A program made the position numbers and the translations under genes. This document shows, one piece after another, positions 47,866 through 52,933 of a stretch of DNA of 52,933 nucleotides. Under the pieces are notes generated by a model. It was given only the letters and a program-made list of their open reading frames with translations. It was not told the DNA's origin and did not search any database. The DNA lies in NCBI GenBank assembly GCA_002478275.1, contig DLMY01000024.1, positions 1-52,933 of the forward strand, in the 5' to 3' direction. Position 1 is the first letter of the stretch; every line of letters begins with the position of its first letter. The stretch is from Actinobacteria bacterium UBA7524 (GTDB lineage Bacteria; Actinomycetota; Coriobacteriia; Anaerosomatales; UBA912).

Positions 47866-49560
47866 TCAGAACGGGACCGGGCCGGTCCACACGTCCAGGG
47901 GCTCATGCACGTATTGCGACACGGCGGCGGTCCCGCCGAAAACGTAGGAGCGAAGGATCGCCGGATCGCTCGCGAACCAGTAGTCCATCCCCCGGGTGAT
48001 CTTCTGCGGGTCACTGAAGTCGAAATCCGCACACACCCAGGGCGAGATACGAGTCGCCGGGGTCAGCAGGATCGGCGAGCCCGCCAGTCCACACAGTACG
48101 CCGCCGGCCAACGCGTCCGGGAAGTTCTCACCCGAAGCAAGGCCGATACGGGCGAAGTCGAGGGTCTCGAGCGCCGATGGGTTGCCGACGGTTCCCACCT
48201 TGGCGGTCCCGGTACTGACTCCCGTGGCCCATATCCCGAAGTGCCGGGCGGTCTCATAACGGGAATTGCCCGCGAGACGCAAGACCCTCGAGGATCCGAC
48301 TATCGCGGCGACCTGGTCGCGGACCGTGCGGGAGATGACCGCCTCACCTCCGACGATGACCACATCGGTGATGCCCAGTGCGGGATCCTTGAGTGCGGCC
48401 TCGACCTCCGGGTCGAGCGTCGCTTCGCGGGTGAGCAGGATGGGCGCCGCGTTGTATGCGGCCATCGGTGAGGCAGCAAGCGCATCCGGGAAGTTGTGCG
48501 AGTTGACGATGAACGCCAGTCTCGCGGTGGGCCCGAGCTCTGCTGCCTTCTTGGCGACCTGCCTGGCTGTCGCCGCGCGCCTGTCACCGGCTACACGCAC
48601 CACGGTGATGCTGTGCGCAGCGAGAGCGTTCACTACGACATCTGAGACCGCCGCCGGGCCACCCAGCACGTACACGGTGTCCACTCCCAGCCGGAGGATC
48701 TCGTCGCGGACCACGTCTGGAAGCCTGTCGTCAGGCGTGAGGAGTACCGGACCACCGACCGCTCCGGCGAGTGTCGATCCCGACAGCGCGTCAGGGAACG
48801 CGTAGCCGTTCGCGAGCACCGCCGCGCCTGACTCGGGCCCCTCGACCGGGAAGCGCTCCTGCGACACGGCGATCGCCGTGCGGAACCGGTTGTCGCCCGC
48901 CAGACGCGACATCTGGCCTGTCTTCATGCGAAGGGTGTAGGGTCCGTCTCCGCCCCGAAATCCGGGGTCGGTGCCTCCTGCATGCTGGTAGTAGGGCCGT
49001 ATCCGCACATAGTAGACGCCGGCGACCTGGGGCAGGAATGAAAGTGAGGCATGCGAGCCCGTCATCCATGTCGTGTTGTAGGCGAGTGTCTGGCCGGGCT
49101 GGATGGCCACGGGATCGATCTGCGTGACCTCGGGGTCGCCCACGCTCGGTCCAAGGGAGCCGGGAGGCGTAGGAGTGCGAGTGCCGGGACCGTAGATCTC
49201 CAGGACGGGAGAGACGTTCGACGCGCCAGGAACCGCCTCGAAGACGTACGAGAAGCCCGAGCTGATAGCGTCTGCGTCGACCGAGAACCTGACCCAGTCC
49301 TCATCGGAAGCAGGAGTGCCATCGTCGACGAAGTGGAACGTTCGCGTCTGCGCACCCATCGGCTCGCCGAAGTACCCCGTCATACCGGACTGGCCGAGGA
49401 TATCTCCGACATCCCGCGCGGTACCGAGCGTGTTGTCCGCCTCGAACGCGTCTGCGGACGCGGCCATGACCGCGAACGGACCACTGGCCACGATCGCGCC
49501 GGCCAGAACCACAGCGAGCAGGGACTTCACGCTCTTCGATCGCAGCAACAGCTCCACCAC
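47866..49560 (-). CDS. CWB2 surface protein with an expanded PPC-like N-domain
   Basis: Signal peptide; DAFEADNT…DEDWVRF…GVYYVRI…PYTL; three CWB2 repeats. Start approximate. Confidence 0.85.
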   Translation of the reverse strand: MVELLLRSKSVKSLLAVVLAGAIVASGPFAVMAASADAFEADNTLGTARDVGDILGQSGMTGYFGEPMGAQTRTFHFVDDGTPASDEDWVRFSVDADAISSGFSYVFEAVPGASNVSPVLEIYGPGTRTPTPPGSLGPSVGDPEVTQIDPVAIQPGQTLAYNTTWMTGSHASLSFLPQVAGVYYVRIRPYYQHAGGTDPGFRGGDGPYTLRMKTGQMSRLAGDNRFRTAIAVSQERFPVEGPESGAAVLANGYAFPDALSGSTLAGAVGGPVLLTPDDRLPDVVRDEILRLGVDTVYVLGGPAAVSDVVVNALAAHSITVVRVAGDRRAATARQVAKKAAELGPTARLAFIVNSHNFPDALAASPMAAYNAAPILLTREATLDPEVEAALKDPALGITDVVIVGGEAVISRTVRDQVAAIVGSSRVLRLAGNSRYETARHFGIWATGVSTGTAKVGTVGNPSALETLDFARIGLASGENFPDALAGGVLCGLAGSPILLTPATRISPWVCADFDFSDPQKITRGMDYWFASDPAILRSYVFGGTAAVSQYVHEPLDVWTGPVPF

Positions 49561-49635
49561 GCCCTTCTTCACACTCGTGCGCACACCCGTCCTGGGCCCC
49601 GTCGGCTGCAGCGGGCTACCCTGTCCCTGCACATC

Positions 49636-50043
49636 TTATACCGACCGGCGACTCAAGGAGGACTTGCGGCGGCCGTCATCGGTATCCTCGGCGAACGAGG
49701 AAAGTGCGAGGGACACGAGGCTGACCACTATGCCACCGAAGAACGCCGGCCAGAAGCCATCCACCACGAACCCCGCTCCGAACCAGTTCTGTGCGATCCA
49801 CGAGGCGGACCACAGTACGAAAGCGTTGATCACGAGCAGACCCAGCCCAAGTGTCAGCAGTACGAAACCGCAGGCCAGGAACGCAAGTATGGGCCGCAGC
49901 GTCGCATTGAGAAGCCCGAGGATGACCGCGGTCACCGCCACCGCGACGAACGCGCTTTCTCCCTGGACCTCGATACCGGGGATCAGAAAGGCCGCCACGA
50001 CCAGTGCTATCGAGTTGATGAGCCAGCGGATGAGCAGACGCAT
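49636..50043 (-). CDS. YvlD/DUF360 four-TM membrane protein (phage_holin_4_2 family)
   Basis: MRLLIRWLINSIAL…GLLNATLRPIL…LTLGL.LLVINAF…GFWPAF.G. Confidence 0.88.
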   Translation of the reverse strand: MRLLIRWLINSIALVVAAFLIPGIEVQGESAFVAVAVTAVILGLLNATLRPILAFLACGFVLLTLGLGLLVINAFVLWSASWIAQNWFGAGFVVDGFWPAFFGGIVVSLVSLALSSFAEDTDDGRRKSSLSRRSV

Positions 50044-50068
50044 GACCTGACCTCCTCGGCATGGATCT

Positions 50069-50863
50069 TCACTGATGGGCGCCCAGCAAACGCTCCGCGT
50101 TACCGCCGAGGATACCCTCCAACTCGGTATCGGTGAACCCGAGTGTGTGAAGGTGAGGTATCTCGGCTCCGGCATCGGTCCAGGGGCCGTCCGAGCCGAA
50201 CAGTACCCTGTGGGGGCCGTGTGCTCGGACCATCTCCACGAATGCGTCATCCGGCAGATGCCCGAGCGTGTACGCGGTGTCGAGCCACACGTTGCGGCCC
50301 AGCAGCTCTGCGCTGACCTCGTCCCAGCACCGGTAGCCGCCCATATGCGCAAGTACGACCGTGAGGGCGGGCCACTGCTCGAGCACGTGCCTGAACGCCT
50401 GAGCCGTTCCCCGCACGGTGTCGAACGCGATATCCCCTCCGGCGTGGAAGAACACGACCATCCGGTTCTCCTCGGCGGCATCATAGATCGGAGTCATGCG
50501 TTCGTCGCGCGGATCGAACTGCTGGTACTCCGGATGCATCTTGAAGCCGAGGAGCCCCAGGGCGCGCATCCGCACCATCTCGGTGGCGGGATCGGCGACG
50601 TCAGGATGCATCGCTCCAAACGGGATCAGGCGGTTGCCCACAAGTGTCGAGACCCAATCGTTGATGGAAGCAACCTGCGAGGCCTTCGTGGCCACCGGCT
50701 GGATCACGGAGACATCGATACAAGCATGGTCCATGCTGGCGAGAAGGCCGCCGACGGTCCCGTCGTAACGCGCGCGGATGTTGCCTTCCCGTTCGAGAGA
50801 GGCGATGGCGCCGGGCGCGATGGCATCAGGGAAGACGTGAGTGTGGACGTCGATGATTCGCAT
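50069..50863 (-). CDS. Amidohydrolase_2 family metal-dependent hydrolase
   Basis: IIDVHTH, GFKMHP, FFHAG, VLAHMGG and VLFGSDGPW. Confidence 0.9.
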   Translation of the reverse strand: MRIIDVHTHVFPDAIAPGAIASLEREGNIRARYDGTVGGLLASMDHACIDVSVIQPVATKASQVASINDWVSTLVGNRLIPFGAMHPDVADPATEMVRMRALGLLGFKMHPEYQQFDPRDERMTPIYDAAEENRMVVFFHAGGDIAFDTVRGTAQAFRHVLEQWPALTVVLAHMGGYRCWDEVSAELLGRNVWLDTAYTLGHLPDDAFVEMVRAHGPHRVLFGSDGPWTDAGAEIPHLHTLGFTDTELEGILGGNAERLLGAHQ

Positions 50864-50981
50864 GAGACCAAGGATAGCGCAGATGCAGCGTCTGGGCTGG
50901 TCCACAGATAGGGTGAACGGCTGTTCGTGACGGGCGAAATGCGGGTACGAACGTGCTGTTCGATATCAGCGGAGGAAGGAT

Positions 50982-51710
50982 GTGCCGACTATGACGGCAT
51001 CACCGAAGGACCGGCAGCAGTATGCGCTGCAGACGATCTTCTCGTTCTTCTTGGGTTTGATGGTGCTCGCTTTCATCGGTATCGGGGTGAACACGTTCTA
51101 CCCGCAGCCGAAGTGGGAGAGGAATCCCGAACTCGAGCGACTTCACCGCCAGCAGGACCAGATATGGAACAGGGACAAGGAAGGCAAGGGCCTGAGCGCC
51201 GCGGACGAGGCGGAACTCGAAGCCATCCAAGAGCAGATCACCGAGATCGAGGAAGCGGAGCAGGATAGGTCGGAAACGTGGACCAGGATGACGAGCATCA
51301 TCCTGATAGTGTTCGCGACTCTCGTCATGGGGGTATCGCTGATACGCAGCGACCAGCTCCGCGTCATATCGAATGGGCTACTGCTAGGCGGGCTGTTCAC
51401 CATGATCTATGGCGTCGGCTGGATCATAGCGTCCGGTGAATCGGTCATGCGTTTTGTGGTGATCGTCCTGGCACTCGCCGTGACCCTCGCCCTGGGGTAC
51501 CTCAGATTCGTGCGGGGGCGGGAGCCTGCTGTAGCTGGTGGTCAGGTACCGAGCGGTGTGGCGATAGCCGGCGAATCGGGCGGTATCGCACCCGCAGCAG
51601 GCGTCGCGGAACTCGCGGATCGCGTAGCAGCTTTGGAATCCAGGCAGGCTGCGGCTGCGGCTGCGCTTGGGCTGGAGCGGTCTACGGGGGACCGGGAGGG
51701 CGAGAGCTGA
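50982..51710 (+). CDS. Hypothetical four-TM membrane protein
   Basis: One TM helix, a coiled-coil extracytoplasmic loop, three more TM helices; GGAGG RBS. Confidence 0.7.
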   Translation: MPTMTASPKDRQQYALQTIFSFFLGLMVLAFIGIGVNTFYPQPKWERNPELERLHRQQDQIWNRDKEGKGLSAADEAELEAIQEQITEIEEAEQDRSETWTRMTSIILIVFATLVMGVSLIRSDQLRVISNGLLLGGLFTMIYGVGWIIASGESVMRFVVIVLALAVTLALGYLRFVRGREPAVAGGQVPSGVAIAGESGGIAPAAGVAELADRVAALESRQAAAAAALGLERSTGDREGES

Positions 51711-51720
51711 TCGGGAATTG

Positions 51721-51748
51721 GAGAGGGCGCCCGGTGGGGCGCCCTCTC
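51721..51748. terminator. Hairpin/bidirectional terminator
   Basis: GAGAGGGCGCCC-ggtg-GGGCGCCCTCTC between convergent genes. Confidence 0.75.
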
Positions 51749-51775
51749 GGTCAGCTTCATGTTACGGGGAAGGTA

Positions 51776-52933
51776 CTACCCGGAGCCTTCGCCCGAGGCA
51801 CTGGCCGATGTTTCTTCGCTACCCTCTGGAGTGGTACCTGGGTCTCCTGAGTCAAGATCGCCGGAATCTTCCGGGTTCGAGCTTCCGTCCCCTTCATCAT
51901 CCTTCGCGGGAGTCGAGAGCAGCGTAAGTGTCTCCTCTTCACTCCCCCCGCTTTCGGTCGTACTGGAATCAGGCTCGAGATCCTGGTCCTTGGATTCGAT
52001 GGTTGAGCTCGTGGAGAACGAAGATGTCTTCACGGAATCGCAGTCAACCACGGTCACATCTGCCCAGGACGTAGCAAGTTCAGGATTCGCGGATCCGAAC
52101 TTAGTATCGGTCTCGACATCGGTGCCTGAGTTGTTATAGCGGTCCAAGAGGTTCTGGAGCTTGTTGATAAGCCCAGCGTCGTCTCCCATCAGAGCCAGTC
52201 GCGCGGCAGTGATGAGGTCGGTGGACCCGTACTTCGGTACGTCACGCCCGTTCTCCAGCTGACTACTCAGGATAGCAGCGACAAGCTGCTGTGAGGCCTT
52301 CACCTTGGCTTTGCACAGCTCCGAGCGGGCAGTGCCGTCCGAGTTCCTCACGATGTCGGCCCACAGTACGCCGAGTACATCACTCGTTGAGTAGAGTTGC
52401 CGCCATCCGAGATCCATGTGACCACCCATGACCTCGTTCATGATGTAGTCGACATGCTCGGGGTGGGTCTTCCAGTAGCCGATCGTCCTGGTTGCGCCCA
52501 TGGGGTAGCGGATGCGTACAGCAGCGCTGTCTTCCACGGGGCCAACGGTAGTACCGATCTTGTCGACGGCGGTCGCATACGCGGTGTTATTGATCGCTGC
52601 GGTCACGTTGGTCGTGTTGTAGTCGAACGTCCTGGATGCACCAACCGCTAGCTCGAAGACTGGGAAGACGTAGCCGTTCGTGTCTGTCACGGTCACGTCG
52701 TAGAGATGTGTATCGCCGGTGTTGGTCACGATGACCCTCCACTTGGCGGTCGCGCCCGACAGACCGTACTCAAGGTCATCGCTGTAGACGCCATCACCAT
52801 CGAACTCAACGTATTTCTTGATCTGGAGCGCCGGGTTAAGCGCGATCACGGCCACGCGAGCGTCGTCGGAGTCCGTGTAGCTTCCGCCGTTTTGGTCAAA
52901 GCCCTCGACGTCTGCGGTGTTGAGTGTGTCTTG
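51776..52933 (-). CDS. 3' end of a large repeat surface protein (DUF11/DUF7507-like repeats, helical domain, acidic Ser-rich tail)
   Basis: PALQIKK…W.VIVTNTGDT.L.DVTVTD…NTA repeat, then TIGYWKTH. The frame stays open to the window edge. Confidence 0.75.
   Translation of the reverse strand, partial: QDTLNTADVEGFDQNGGSYTDSDDARVAVIALNPALQIKKYVEFDGDGVYSDDLEYGLSGATAKWRVIVTNTGDTHLYDVTVTDTNGYVFPVFELAVGASRTFDYNTTNVTAAINNTAYATAVDKIGTTVGPVEDSAAVRIRYPMGATRTIGYWKTHPEHVDYIMNEVMGGHMDLGWRQLYSTSDVLGVLWADIVRNSDGTARSELCKAKVKASQQLVAAILSSQLENGRDVPKYGSTDLITAARLALMGDDAGLINKLQNLLDRYNNSGTDVETDTKFGSANPELATSWADVTVVDCDSVKTSSFSTSSTIESKDQDLEPDSSTTESGGSEEETLTLLSTPAKDDEGDGSSNPEDSGDLDSGDPGTTPEGSEETSASASGEGSG

Noticed and set aside
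1287..50911. Long antisense or alternate-frame ORFs (e.g. 1287-3410, 5757-7157, 25157-26437, 36408-37904, 50075-50911)
   Set aside because: They are shadows of well-supported genes in high-GC DNA and have no recognisable motifs.
44198..52933. Genomic island or prophage integrated at tRNA-Phe (or tRNA-Gln)
   Set aside because: No integrase, no duplicated tRNA 3' end and no phage genes. The 'holin' at 49636 belongs to the chromosomal YvlD/DUF360 family.
1..52933. CRISPR array, rRNA, IS elements
   Set aside because: No regularly spaced repeats, rRNA-like sequence or transposase ORFs were seen.

Overview
High-GC (roughly two-thirds by eye) bacterial scaffold with six N-gaps. It is most likely a metagenome-assembled anaerobic monoderm. 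Gene content (CWB2 surface proteins, V-type ATPase, NfnAB, tRNA-Gln next to glmU, and Firmicutes-like abrB/veg/spoVG) suggests a deep-branching actinobacterium such as Coriobacteriia; this taxonomy is inferred, not proven. Contents, left to right: a Na+-type V/A-ATPase operon (G/H-I-K-E-C-F-A-B, minus strand); a CapA plus M23-like pair; DUF951; an ACT plus PFL-family pair; a candidate sortase- and usher-independent fimbrial/surface-polymer locus (two secreted pilin/WxL-like proteins, a membrane-anchored DUF916/PapD-like protein, an orphan LytTR regulator and matching LytTR boxes); Rrf2; nfnAB; apbE; an EnvC-like M23 protein; a housekeeping block in Bacillus-like gene order (rsmI-abrB-metG-tatD-yabE-rsmA-veg-ispE-spoVG-tRNA-Gln-glmU-prs-rplY-pth); DUF362 and ROK genes; an IrrE/ImmA-like protein with a broken HExxH motif, divergent from a HEAT-repeat plus degenerate HD-GYP pair that share an unnamed ~130-aa N-terminal domain; a coiled-coil putative cell-wall hydrolase; tRNA-Phe; three tandem CWB2 surface proteins; and the 3' end of a large repeat surface protein. 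No CRISPR array, integrase, transposase or prophage was seen. The best candidates for undescribed systems are the pilus-like locus (11.8-15.3 kb) and the pseudo-peptidase/HEAT/HD-GYP signalling module (38.5-42.7 kb).
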